Positions 1 through 9,017 of a DNA stretch of 64,000 nt are shown piece by piece. Both the position numbers and the translations under genes were made by a program. The notes beneath the pieces are model-generated. The model saw only the letters and a program-made list of their open reading frames with translations, did no database searches and had not been told where the DNA came from. Source of the stretch: an uncultured Acidobacteriota bacterium (lineage in GTDB: Bacteria > Acidobacteriota > UBA6911); contig CAWHCF010000006.1 of NCBI GenBank assembly GCA_963827655.1, forward strand, positions 32,001-96,000, in the 5' to 3' direction. The stretch's first letter is position 1. Each line of letters opens with the position of its first letter.

Positions 1-1372
1 CCAACGATACACCGATGCCACGCTGCGCAAGCGCCGCCTGCCGCCCGGCAAGTTCCTCTCCAATGATAGAGCGCAGCTCGACCTGTTCCTTCTTCGCCAC
101 CAGCTCGGACTCGATCTTGGCAAGAGTGAGCAAGTCTTTCACCAGCGTCTCCAGCTGGCGCGCATTACGCTCGATGACGTTCAAGAATTCTTTTCTCAAG
201 GCCCGGTCTTCCCCGGCGCGAGTAAGCAGCGTCTCGGCGTAGCCGCGAATCGAGGTCAGGGGGGTCTTGAACTCATGGGATACATTGGCAACGAAATCCC
301 TTCGCATTTTTTCGATCCGGCGAATGTCGGTCAGATCGTGAAACACGATCACGGCGCCTTCAAGTCCGCCTGCCTCATTGGAGACCGGAGTGATGTGAGC
401 TCTCAGGACGCGTCCCGATTCGGAAGTCAGTTCAACCACGCTTCCTTGAGAGTTATCCAGCACCTTGCGCACGGCACGATCAAAAGCCTCATTGCGGAAA
501 ACCCGCTGAGGCGACCTGCCGATAAGATCATCTTCGCTGCGCAGAATCTCGAGCATCGACCTGTTCGTCAAGCCGATGCGGCCGGTGCGATCCAAAACCA
601 TGATTCCTTCCCCCATCGCACCGAGAATCAACTCGAGCCTCTGCTTCCCCTCGGATAACTCGTGAATCTTTGAACTCAGATTTTCCGCCATGGTATTCAG
701 AGCCGCGCGCAACGCCGCAATTTCATCGTCGCCTCCCGAGGGCAGACGATGCGTCAAATCTCCGGTAGCCATCCGTTTGGCAGCGCGCGCAATCTCGCGA
801 ATCGGGCGAGAGAGCTTCAAGGAGACTGCATAGCCGAACAGCAGCATCAAGACCAGGGAAGCAACAGTCGCGATTATCAGCCGGAAGCGCAGCTCCCCAA
901 TCAAGACGGCTACGTCGGTCAACGGCATAGCCAGCCGAAGCACGCCCGCGTCCAGGCGCTTCGCGACGTACATGAAGTTTTTCCGGACCGTTGCGCTCTG
1001 ACGCACCGATTTCCCTATGCCGACTCTTTTCGCTTCGAGGACTTCCGGCCGGTCGGCGTGATTTTCGACATTCTCCAGCGCAATGCCGTCCAGCTCGGAG
1101 TCTCCCAGCACACGGCCGTCCGTTGCTATCAGGGTGACCCGGACGTTGAGCATCTCCGCGAGCTCGTCGACCACATCGTCGGACCTCCCGGGCGCTGTTT
1201 CCCGGGCCAGGTAAGCTCCGGCAACCGTACAGTCGCGCCGAAGCTGCTGCTCGATCTGGTTTTCCAGATACCACGTGAGGGAAGAATTCAGGATCAGGTC
1301 GAGAACGCCCAGCGTGATGACGATGAGAAGCAGGTTCCAAAGAAGCAGTCGAACATGAAGACGAGGCTTCAC
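1..1372 (-). CDS. phoR: Sensor histidine kinase, PhoR-like (TM-HAMP-PAS-HisKA); runs off the window at the 3' end
   Basis: Manual minus-strand translation from GTG at 1372 (MKPRLHVRLLLWNLLLIVITLG); H-box ANVSHEFKTPLTSIRGYAETL near 225-295; directly follows a PhoB-like regulator. Confidence 0.75.
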   Translation of the reverse strand, partial: MKPRLHVRLLLWNLLLIVITLGVLDLILNSSLTWYLENQIEQQLRRDCTVAGAYLARETAPGRSDDVVDELAEMLNVRVTLIATDGRVLGDSELDGIALENVENHADRPEVLEAKRVGIGKSVRQSATVRKNFMYVAKRLDAGVLRLAMPLTDVAVLIGELRFRLIIATVASLVLMLLFGYAVSLKLSRPIREIARAAKRMATGDLTHRLPSGGDDEIAALRAALNTMAENLSSKIHELSEGKQRLELILGAMGEGIMVLDRTGRIGLTNRSMLEILRSEDDLIGRSPQRVFRNEAFDRAVRKVLDNSQGSVVELTSESGRVLRAHITPVSNEAGGLEGAVIVFHDLTDIRRIEKMRRDFVANVSHEFKTPLTSIRGYAETLLTRAGEDRALRKEFLNVIERNARQLETLVKDLLTLAKIESELVAKKEQVELRSIIGEELAGRQAALAQRGIGVSL

Positions 1373-1376
1373 CGTT

Positions 1377-2063
1377 TTACCCTTTTTCGAACATAACCAT
1401 CCTGAATCCTATTCCGCGGACCGTTTCGAGCCTGAATGCCTCGAAGCCCAGCTTCTCCCGAAGCCGGCCTATATGAGTGTCAAGAGTCCTGGACGTGTGC
1501 TCGTTCCTATGGCCCCAAAAACGGTCCAAAAGGTTATCGCGGGTAACAACGTCTCCTCCGGCCTCGATCAGCGCCGCGAGCAAATCGAATTCCTTGTTGG
1601 TAAGCTCGACCGGTTGACCTTCAACGATACACTCATGCCTTCCGAAAGAAATGCGGATCCCCCCGATTCTCAGGCATTCCTTTTCCTCTTCCTCTTTCTT
1701 GCGCCGCAGGATGGATCTTACCCGAAGAACAAGTTCTTTGGGGCTGAAAGGTTTGGTGACGTAGTCGTCCGCGCCCGTCTCGAGTCCCATCACGCGATCG
1801 GCCTCCTCGGTGCGCGCCGTCAGCATTATGACGGGAATGTTGCGTGAGTTCTCGCCTCGACGCAAGTTTCGACAAACCTCGATCCCATCCAGATCCGGCA
1901 GCATGAGATCGAGGATGATCAGGTCCGGGTTTTCCTGTGAGACGATCTCGAGAGCCTGACGCCCGGTTCCCGCACGCAGTGGCTCATAACCCTCCTGTTG
2001 CATGTGGTAACTTACCAGCACCAGAATATCGGGATCGTCATCTACGATCAGAACACGGTTCAT
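1377..2063 (-). CDS. OmpR/PhoB-family response regulator
   Basis: REC domain (VDDD, DLMLP, GADDYVTKPF) plus winged helix (RTLDTHIGRLREKL, TVRGIGF); ATG at 2063. Confidence 0.9.
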   Translation of the reverse strand: MNRVLIVDDDPDILVLVSYHMQQEGYEPLRAGTGRQALEIVSQENPDLIILDLMLPDLDGIEVCRNLRRGENSRNIPVIMLTARTEEADRVMGLETGADDYVTKPFSPKELVLRVRSILRRKKEEEEKECLRIGGIRISFGRHECIVEGQPVELTNKEFDLLAALIEAGGDVVTRDNLLDRFWGHRNEHTSRTLDTHIGRLREKLGFEAFRLETVRGIGFRMVMFEKG

Positions 2064-2107
2064 AGCAGATTCGCCCTGGGGGAGTGCCAATCACCACTAA
2101 AAAGCAC

Positions 2108-2137
2108 AAGTTACAACGTTGTAAAGAGATGGTAAAG
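2108..2137 (-). promoter_or_regulatory. Pho-box-like direct repeats with 11-bp period
   Basis: Minus strand CTTTACCAtct CTTTACAAcgt TGTAACTT, upstream of the regulator-kinase operon. Confidence 0.55.
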
Positions 2138-2327
2138 ATAGTGAGTCGACCAGGCAGTGTCTCTACCGTGCTCTTTCCGTTCGTAGATTGGATTTCGAAA
2201 ATAACGCCGCTGAGCACGTGCAAGCCACGTTGCGTCCTGTTACGTGCACGTGATCGTGGACGCGGCGATCTAATCAAGCGAAGCACGCGCAATGACGACG
2301 ACCTCCAGAAACACTCAGTAGGCCAAA

Positions 2328-2345
2328 CTTCATGGAATCTTCACA
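2328..2345 (+). promoter_or_regulatory. Pho-box-like direct repeat with 11-bp period
   Basis: CTTCATGgaat CTTCACA upstream of the second PhoB-like gene. Confidence 0.4.
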
Positions 2346-2432
2346 TGCAACGGCAGCTGACTTGTGGCATACATCACCGCGATCGGAGAACAAGGCTGAT
2401 TACTAAGAGCTAACCACTGCTCAGGGGTGACT

Positions 2433-3131
2433 ATGCCGAAAAAGATTCTCGTGGTCGAAGACGATCAAGATCTGGTCGGGCTGCTCAAATACAACCTCGA
2501 ACAGGAGGGCTTCAGGGTGAACTATGCCACCGATGGAAGCGTGGCACTCCCTTCGATACGGAAGTATCTGCCGGATCTGCTCATTCTCGATCTGATGCTT
2601 CCGGGCATGGACGGTCTGGAGGTCTGCCGGCAGATCCGTCAATCCAACAAATACATGGCTCTTCCGGTGCTCATGCTGACGGCGCGGGGCGAAGAGGCCG
2701 ACCGCGTGGTGGGCCTGGAACTTGGGGCCGACGACTATGTCACTAAACCGTTCAGCCTGCGTGAACTCATTGCCCGGGTTCGCGCCCTTCTGCGCCGGCG
2801 CGAGATCTTCAATCTACACACCCGTGTGCTTCAGCGGAAGGATCTGTTCATCGACCCGCAATCCCACATGGTGCGGGTCAACAACAGGGCGATCGATTTG
2901 ACCGCTCTCGAATTCAGACTGCTCTACTTCCTGGCGTCAAATCCCGGGACAGTGTTCTCGCGCGATCGCCTGCTTGATCTTGTTTGGGGAAATGAGCGCA
3001 ACGTGACGCCGCGCAGCGTCGATGTCTATGTTCGCCGGCTGCGCGAGAAACTCGAGACTCACGGCGAAGTTCCGGTGTACGTCCAGACCGTGCATGGAGT
3101 CGGTTACAGATTCACCGCCGCTGAGGACTGA
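2433..3131 (+). CDS. OmpR/PhoB-family response regulator (second copy, divergent)
   Basis: VEDD, DLMLPGMDG, GADDYVTKPF, RSVDVYVRRLREKL, TVHGVGY. Confidence 0.9.
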   Translation: MPKKILVVEDDQDLVGLLKYNLEQEGFRVNYATDGSVALPSIRKYLPDLLILDLMLPGMDGLEVCRQIRQSNKYMALPVLMLTARGEEADRVVGLELGADDYVTKPFSLRELIARVRALLRRREIFNLHTRVLQRKDLFIDPQSHMVRVNNRAIDLTALEFRLLYFLASNPGTVFSRDRLLDLVWGNERNVTPRSVDVYVRRLREKLETHGEVPVYVQTVHGVGYRFTAAED

Positions 3132-3156
3132 CCCGCGAAAGTCCCGGGCGCGAAGT

Positions 3157-4242
3157 TCAATCGGCTTTCCCCTGAAGCGACGACGCGTCGATCCCGAGTT
3201 CATCCGCAGTCTGGCTGATCCCGTCCAGCGTGTCGGAGCTCAGAGGGATCCCTTCCTGGCGGTAGTGCCGCTCCGTTTCGGCCTCGAGTTCGCCCGGAGC
3301 ATAAATCCGGTCGCAACCAGGAGCTTTCTTGCTGCCGCGAATCTGACGAACAATCTGATCCACCCGTCGCTTGAAGAGGCCGGGATCTTCAAAGGCCGAG
3401 ACGTTCAGGGCCAGAAAGAAATGGCCATCGAGTCCCGACTTCGGACCTTCAATCATGTTTCCGGTCTCCGTCCCATAACCCGCTCCTGAAAGAAGAGCCG
3501 AGAGCAAGCCCATCACCAAAGCCAATCCAGTACCCTTGTATCCTCCGATCGGCTGGAGAAGTCCCTCCAGCGCAACCGCAGTGTCAGTGGTGGGATCTCC
3601 GTGGTTGTCGAACGCCCAGTTGCCTGGGATCGCCAGTCCCTTCTGGTGGTAGACGCGGATCTTTCCATGGGAGGATGCGCTGAAAGCGATATCGAGAACG
3701 ACAGGTGGCTCGTCCCCTGCTGGAATCGCCACCGAAAGCGGGTTAATGCCCAGGATTTTTTCAACCCCTCCCCAGGGCGCCATGGTCGGCAAGGAATGGG
3801 TCGTGGCGATACCGATCATGTCGCCGCTCAGAGCCAGCATGGCGTAAAAGGCCATGGCGCCGCAATGATTGCTCCGTCTCACGGCGGCTGCCGCCAGGTT
3901 TGTGGTTCGAGCTCTCTCGATGGCCTGGCGCATGGCGAAGGTAGCCCCGATCTGCCCCATGCTGTTGCCGCCATCCACAACCAGCGCGGCGATGGAATCC
4001 TTGATCACTCGAGGCTCTCCGGCGGGATTGACTCCTCCCTCCTTGAGCTTGCGCACGTATTCCGGAACGCGCAAGACACCATGCGAGTGACACCCTCTCA
4101 GGTCGGCCACCACCAGAGTCTCAGTCAACAAGGAGGCATCGCGCGAGGACATACCGCAGTTCTGGAAGATCGCGGCTACGATCGCCTGCAGATTTGAGGC
4201 TGAAATCAGAACGTCTCTTTTACCTCTGGGATATCCGGCCAT
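3157..4242 (-). CDS. Ldh_2 (malate/L-lactate/ureidoglycolate/sulfolactate dehydrogenase-type) oxidoreductase
   Basis: ADLRGCHSHG, SNHCGAMAFY, LGINPL, GGYKGTGL motifs; start trimmed to ATG 4242. Confidence 0.85.
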   Translation of the reverse strand: MAGYPRGKRDVLISASNLQAIVAAIFQNCGMSSRDASLLTETLVVADLRGCHSHGVLRVPEYVRKLKEGGVNPAGEPRVIKDSIAALVVDGGNSMGQIGATFAMRQAIERARTTNLAAAAVRRSNHCGAMAFYAMLALSGDMIGIATTHSLPTMAPWGGVEKILGINPLSVAIPAGDEPPVVLDIAFSASSHGKIRVYHQKGLAIPGNWAFDNHGDPTTDTAVALEGLLQPIGGYKGTGLALVMGLLSALLSGAGYGTETGNMIEGPKSGLDGHFFLALNVSAFEDPGLFKRRVDQIVRQIRGSKKAPGCDRIYAPGELEAETERHYRQEGIPLSSDTLDGISQTADELGIDASSLQGKAD

Positions 4243-4494
4243 GCCCATCCTTTCGTGCGAGATTGAGCTAACCACGAAGACACGAAGACACCAAGAAACG
4301 CGAAGTATCATCAAGCCTGCATGGGCTGGAAGAACAGAGTCATCGCGTACGTCGAATTCCATGTCGCATATTACCCAAAGAAATGCGCAGGGGTCACTGA
4401 ATTTCACCGGATTCTCGGCAGCACTTGATGCCGATCCGATGAACCTGTATCTTTCGTCAATCGTCCCCTTTTTTTTACAGGTCAGGAGATTCAT

Positions 4495-5373
4495 ATGTCG
4501 ATCCGAACAGCGTCGAGCATTACCAATGACGCGGGAGACACTAATCTTGTCTTCGACAAGAAGGCTTCATGGGACCAGATCCGACTCAGACACTGCAGGG
4601 TTCGCCGGGGAGAAGCGCTTCACCACGGGCATGCCGAAGACCATATTTTTATTCCTCTTGAAGGATCTTTCTATTCCGAGGTCCCATCGGCGGCGGGCGG
4701 ACAGAGAACCGTGCGCGGCGTCGCCGGCAATACCTGCATCATTCCGGCAGGTCTGGGTTATTCGGCACACTGGGAGGATGACCTGGAGCATCTCTCTATC
4801 TTCCTGGATCCGCTACTGCTGACGCGCGTCGCGAGGGAGATGTTCATGAGCGAGCGCGTCGAGCTGGTTGATACTTGCGCCGGGGAGGATCCTTTGATCC
4901 GCCACATCGGGCTCGCGCTCCTGGCGGAGATCGGATCCGAAGGCTCGCCGGCGCGTTTGTACGTCGACTCGCTGGTAAACACTCTGGCGATTCACCTTCT
5001 CAGAAACCACGCCACCCTTGATTTGAAGTGGAAATCTTTCTCCGGCGGCCTGGCCGGATACAGGCTGCGACGTGCCACCGAGTTTATCGAAGAGAGTCTC
5101 GCAGATGACCTGAGCCTCGCCGAAATCGCCCGGGCAGCCGATTTGAGTCCGTATCATTTTGCGCGCTCCTTCAAACAATCGACAGGTCTGACGCCGCTGC
5201 GTTATCTGATGGAGCGACGCATCGAGCGAGCCAAGCATCTGCTGGCCGATACCGAATTACCCATCGTGCAAGTGAGTTATCAGGTCGGTTTCAAGAGCCA
5301 GAGTCACTTCACGACGATCTTCCGCAGGCTTACTGCAACGACACCCAGGGCATACCGCAAGGCGGTGCTGTAG
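4495..5373 (+). CDS. AraC-family transcriptional regulator
   Basis: LSLAEIA..LSPYHFARSFKQSTG and VGFKSQSHFTTIFRR double HTH. Confidence 0.92.
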   Translation: MSIRTASSITNDAGDTNLVFDKKASWDQIRLRHCRVRRGEALHHGHAEDHIFIPLEGSFYSEVPSAAGGQRTVRGVAGNTCIIPAGLGYSAHWEDDLEHLSIFLDPLLLTRVAREMFMSERVELVDTCAGEDPLIRHIGLALLAEIGSEGSPARLYVDSLVNTLAIHLLRNHATLDLKWKSFSGGLAGYRLRRATEFIEESLADDLSLAEIARAADLSPYHFARSFKQSTGLTPLRYLMERRIERAKHLLADTELPIVQVSYQVGFKSQSHFTTIFRRLTATTPRAYRKAVL

Positions 5374-5401
5374 ATTCTTGCGCGTCTTCGTGTCCTGGTT
5401 A

Positions 5402-5634
5402 GGGTTCGCGCAGAAATAAGTTCGCATTCTGCTGCAGGCCCCCAGGCCCGCTGGCAAGGCGCGAGCGACGATGCGTACCCGGTGCGGTACGTGAGGAGCG
5501 AGCAACAAAGCCAGCGGGCCTGCGGGCCGCAGCCCGAAGGGGCGCGATCCTCAGCGTGCTTAGCAAAAGAAAACCCGTTCATGATTGACCACCGACTCTC
5601 GCGCCAGAATGTGAAGTTATTTCTGCGCGAGCCC
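5402..5634. mobile_element. MITE-like element family A, copy 1 (233 bp)
   Basis: ~30-bp TIRs GGGTTCGCGCAGAAATAAGTTCGCATTCTG / CAGAATGTGAAGTTATTTCTGCGCGAGCCC; flanked by TTA on both sides; no transposase; three copies in window. Confidence 0.85.
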
Positions 5635-5797
5635 TTAGTGCCTGGATACGAAGGCGCGAAGCTCTCGCAAAGGCAGCATTCCAGCAAGATCATGAAATAA
5701 TCGGCAACCGCAGAAAAGACAGCCCAACGCGTCAATCGCTAGACTCCTGTGTGACGAGCACCTCACGTCGTCTTCCGGTTCAACCTGGGAGGGAGTC

Positions 5798-6514
5798 ATG
5801 CAAGGCAAGAATTTCTTGAATGCAATCTGGGCCATGCCGCTGCTGTTCACCACGGCGATCTTCGCCGACGGTGGTGCCGGTGAGGCAATTCAGCGCGGCA
5901 ATGAGGCTTTTGGCCGCGGCCACTACCAGCTGGCAATTTTCGAATACCAGGCGGCGCTGGCGGTGGATTCCCGCCGGCACTATGTCATGGCGCGCTACAA
6001 CATCGGCGTCTGTTACTTCAAACTGGGCCGTTTGAGCGACGCCGTGCGCGAGTATCGAGCCGCGATCGCGGCCGGCGACGGGCAGTACTCGAAGGCGCTT
6101 TATGCGCTCGGCGTCGCACTGGAAGATCTGGGGCAATGGGACGAGGCCAGGTCCGCCTTGACCCGAGCGGTTGAACTCTCCGGAGGACGGCATGTAGAAG
6201 CGCTGTTTGAGCTGGGCCTCATACGCCACCGCGAAGGCGATTTTGAAGCTGCCTCCAACCATTTTCGGCGGGCGGTCGCGCAAGTGACCGGAATCTTCCC
6301 GGCCGGGCTCAACAACCTGGGCGTAACCCTGGCGGCACTCGGTCGTCTGTCCGAGGCCGAGCAAGCCTTCGAAAAGGCGCTCGCTCAATCCAGGGGCCGT
6401 CTAGTAGAGGCGCGTCGGAATCTCAGACTCTGCCGCGCCGCGCGCTCGTCTCCCTTTCGAGAACGGCTGGCAAGTCTGACGATAGCCGGAAGAAACGACG
6501 CGGCGGGTAATTAA
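5798..6514 (+). CDS. Secreted tetratricopeptide-repeat protein
   Basis: Signal peptide; repeated YNIGVCY / YALGVAL / NNLGVTL TPR helices. Confidence 0.8.
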   Translation: MQGKNFLNAIWAMPLLFTTAIFADGGAGEAIQRGNEAFGRGHYQLAIFEYQAALAVDSRRHYVMARYNIGVCYFKLGRLSDAVREYRAAIAAGDGQYSKALYALGVALEDLGQWDEARSALTRAVELSGGRHVEALFELGLIRHREGDFEAASNHFRRAVAQVTGIFPAGLNNLGVTLAALGRLSEAEQAFEKALAQSRGRLVEARRNLRLCRAARSSPFRERLASLTIAGRNDAAGN

Positions 6515-6733
6515 GGGTTCGCGCAGAAATAAGTTCGCATTCTGCTGCAGGCCCCCAGGCCCGCTGGCGAGGCGCGAGCGACGATGCGTACCCGGCGCGG
6601 TACGTGAGAGAGCAAAAAAGCGGGCCTGCGGCCGCGAAGGCGCGCGATTCCGAGCGTGCGCAGCTAAGGGAAACCGGTTCATGATTGACCACCAGTCTCG
6701 CGCCAGAATGTGAAGTTATTTCTGCGCGAGCCC
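6515..6733. mobile_element. MITE-like element family A, copy 2 (219 bp)
   Basis: Same TIRs as copy 1; TAA on both sides, the left TAA being the TPR gene stop codon. Confidence 0.85.
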
Positions 6734-6820
6734 TAAGATATAATCCTGGCTTTGCGTCTCAGCGGTCGGTTCTTGTTCGATCAGGATCAACCGAGATGAC
6801 GCAAGGACACCGCCAGGATC

Positions 6821-7381
6821 ATGAAAAAAGATCGCTCGGTCTCAGCCGCCCTCGCCCCGATCGTGCTGCCCGATGTGGATGGAAACGAGATTCTCCTGGG
6901 CTCGCTATGGGCTGACCATCCGGCAGTGGTGGTCTTTCTACGGCACTATGGATGAATCTTCTGCTGGGAACACGTCGCGCAGTTGCGCGACTGCGAAGAG
7001 GGTTTTCGCTCTGCCGGCGCCGGTCTCGTCGCGGTGGGGCTGGGCGATGCCCGTCACGCCCGCGCTTTTCGCGATGGTACCGGCATTCGCTTCACCCTGC
7101 TGGTTGATGAGCACAGGAAGGCCTATCACGCCGCCGAACTGAGGGTCGCGTCCTTGCTTCACATCTTCCGTGGCGACAATGCCAGGGCCCGAGCCCGGGC
7201 CCGGCAGGCCGGACACCGGCAGCGTCGCCACGGGCGGCATCCCTTTCAACTTGGCGGAAGCTTCGTCTTCGCCCCCGGGCACGTCGATCTCTTCTCCCAT
7301 ATTTCTGAGACCTTCGGTGACAACGCCTCGCCCGATACTTTGCTCGCGGTGGTGCGGGAATCTTCGCGTCTTCGTGGTTAG
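6821..7381 (+). CDS. Selenoprotein, AhpC/TSA-like (peroxiredoxin-like 2) thioredoxin-fold protein with UxxC motif
   Basis: ATG 6821 reads MKKDRSV...VVVFLRHYG, then in-frame TGA at 6953-6955, then IFCWEHVAQLR continuing into track ORF 6983-7381 (QLGGSFVFAPG motif); SECIS-like hairpin follows the TGA. Confidence 0.85.
6956..7000 (+). promoter_or_regulatory. Putative bacterial SECIS element
   Basis: Stem GTCGCGC (6974-6980), loop AGTT, stem GCGCGAC (6985-6991); loop starts 25 nt after the UGA and has G at position 2; possible lower stem CTTC..GC / GC GAAG. Confidence 0.7.
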
Positions 7382-7523
7382 TGCGGCGGCACAATAAGCC
7401 AACCACCAAGGCGAACGCAGCCGTGAGGCGGCAAAAATGATCAAGAATGCCTGGCCGCGCTGAGCTATCAGCCGTCAGCGGTCAGCTATCAGCTTTGGCC
7501 AACGGCGTTGCTAGTTTCTGAAT

Positions 7524-7631
7524 GAGAGACGTAAGCATTCGTTTTACTTCGATTACTTGGGCTTCTAATCAACGTGCTGCAACTCGCGGCATAAAAATGT
7601 TGCTCGAAAAACAAGATTTCACAGTCGTGTA
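7524..7631. repeat. 108-bp dispersed repeat, copy 1 (copy 2 at 62335-62442)
   Basis: GAGAGACGTAAGCATTCGTTTTACTTCGAT...GGGCTTCTAATCAACGT...CAACTCGCGGCATAAAAA...GATTTCAC.GTCGTGTA is shared, colinear and of the same length. Confidence 0.85.
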
Positions 7632-7653
7632 ATACGAAGATTCGAAGAAAACG

Positions 7654-8082
7654 CTAAGGCAGCCGCAAACGATCTTCTGCCCGCCTGGGTGCCGGACTTG
7701 ATTCGGCTTCGCGAGCTAGACGCGGAGAAGCCAGGGATTCGACCGCTTTTGCCTGAGCAAGACTCCTGGTCAATGAATCCGGCGCGCGGGCGTATGAAAC
7801 CTTTTTGTCGATGGCTCGACCTGCGAAATAGCCGCCAATGGCGCCGGCGATGGCTCCTATCGCTACGTTCCTGGTCATTTTCTGGGTCGCGTTTATGGCA
7901 TCGTCATCGGATAAACTGTAACCAAGGAAAAATCCACCGACCGCTCCGGCGCTTACCCCGATGATTCGGCCAAGATGGCGTTCGTCGGATCTTGAACCCG
8001 CCGGGCTCTGGGGAAAGACTGGCGAGGAGCTGAATAGCACAGTCGAGAGTAAGGATAAAACCAGGCCTGATCTGAGTCTCAT
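7654..8082 (-). CDS. Hypothetical exported/membrane glycine-zipper protein
   Basis: Signal peptide; GVSAGAVGGFFLG and GAIAGAIGGYFAG helices; SD AGGAG before ATG 8082. Confidence 0.65.
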   Translation of the reverse strand: MRLRSGLVLSLLSTVLFSSSPVFPQSPAGSRSDERHLGRIIGVSAGAVGGFFLGYSLSDDDAINATQKMTRNVAIGAIAGAIGGYFAGRAIDKKVSYARAPDSLTRSLAQAKAVESLASPRLAREAESSPAPRRAEDRLRLP

Positions 8083-8357
8083 AACCAAGTCTCCTTTCTT
8101 GTCAGACTCTGGCAACGCAATGCGGATGCCAGCCCAAAAGCCCGATAAACAGGCATTTCCAGACTGCGACGCCGCAAGAACTCACGGCATTTGACGCGTT
8201 TCTTGCCAGGCGGGACGTCTTCGGGTTTGATTTCCTCGTAAACCGTTCATCCGAAAAAAGACGCGCAAACACAGGACCGGAAGTATTCGCGACGGGCGCG
8301 GAGCAAGGCTGGCATACGGCTTGCGACGTTCGGGAGATGACAGATCAGGAGGATGGG

Positions 8358-8889
8358 ATGAAAAGACATCGGTTCGCTGGCTTGCTGGCCGTGATTGGCT
8401 GTATGACCATGCCCCTGGCGGCATCAGTGATTCCAGGGCGCTGGGAAAAAGTAGATGCTCTGACATCAGGATTCCAGATCGTCGTGACCTTGAAATCCGG
8501 GGACCGTCTCGAAGGCGCCTTCAAAAGCTCCGGACCGGATTTTCTGGAGCTGGTCACTCCAACGGGATCCGATTTGAGGACTGCGAAGCGGGATGTGCTC
8601 AAGATCGTCGCCAAAGAAAAATATCAGGATGGTCATCGCGACGGTCTTCTGGCCGGCTTGCTGTTGGGCCTGGGGGGTGGTATCGCGGCGGGCGCATATA
8701 TCTACTACACCGCATCCGGCGAGGCTCCCGAATCTCCGGCCGGTGTCATGGCTGGCAGCGGAATGTTTGGAGCCGGAATCGGCGCCCTGACGGGCTATCT
8801 AGCCGATCGATCGCATAAGGGAACCGAGGTGCTCTACCAGGCTCCCAGGCCGGACGCATCGCCTGTCGAAGAGCTCGATCTCCCGTTAA
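8358..8889 (+). CDS. Hypothetical glycine-zipper membrane protein; true stop probably near 8889, the ORF extension to 9257 is likely artefactual
   Basis: Signal peptide, small beta domain, GLLAGLLLGLGGG and GAGIGALTG helices; CCG TTAA at 8883-8889 would give TAA with one T removed; the extension runs through repeats and antisense into the next gene. Confidence 0.6.
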
Positions 8890-8908
8890 GTTGCTTCGCG
8901 TTTTCTAA

Positions 8909-8985
8909 GGCTGTCTTGCTTTTCTTGGCACGATTCTTAGTGTTTCTTCGTGCCTTTGAGTCTTCGTGGTATTTGTTTGACAGCT
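8909..8985. mobile_element. MITE-like element family B (77 bp)
   Basis: Ends GGCTGTC / GACAGCT, CTAA on both sides (8905-8908, 8986-8989); related sequence inverted at 31116-31195 and partial at ~47340-47397. Confidence 0.55.
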
Positions 8986-9017
8986 CTAACTACGAAGACG
9001 CGAAGACGCGCCGTGCC

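Noticed and set aside
5257-5735. Small ORFs overlapping family A copies
   Set aside because: They are translations of the repeat itself and recur at 6401-6915 and 46696-47256.
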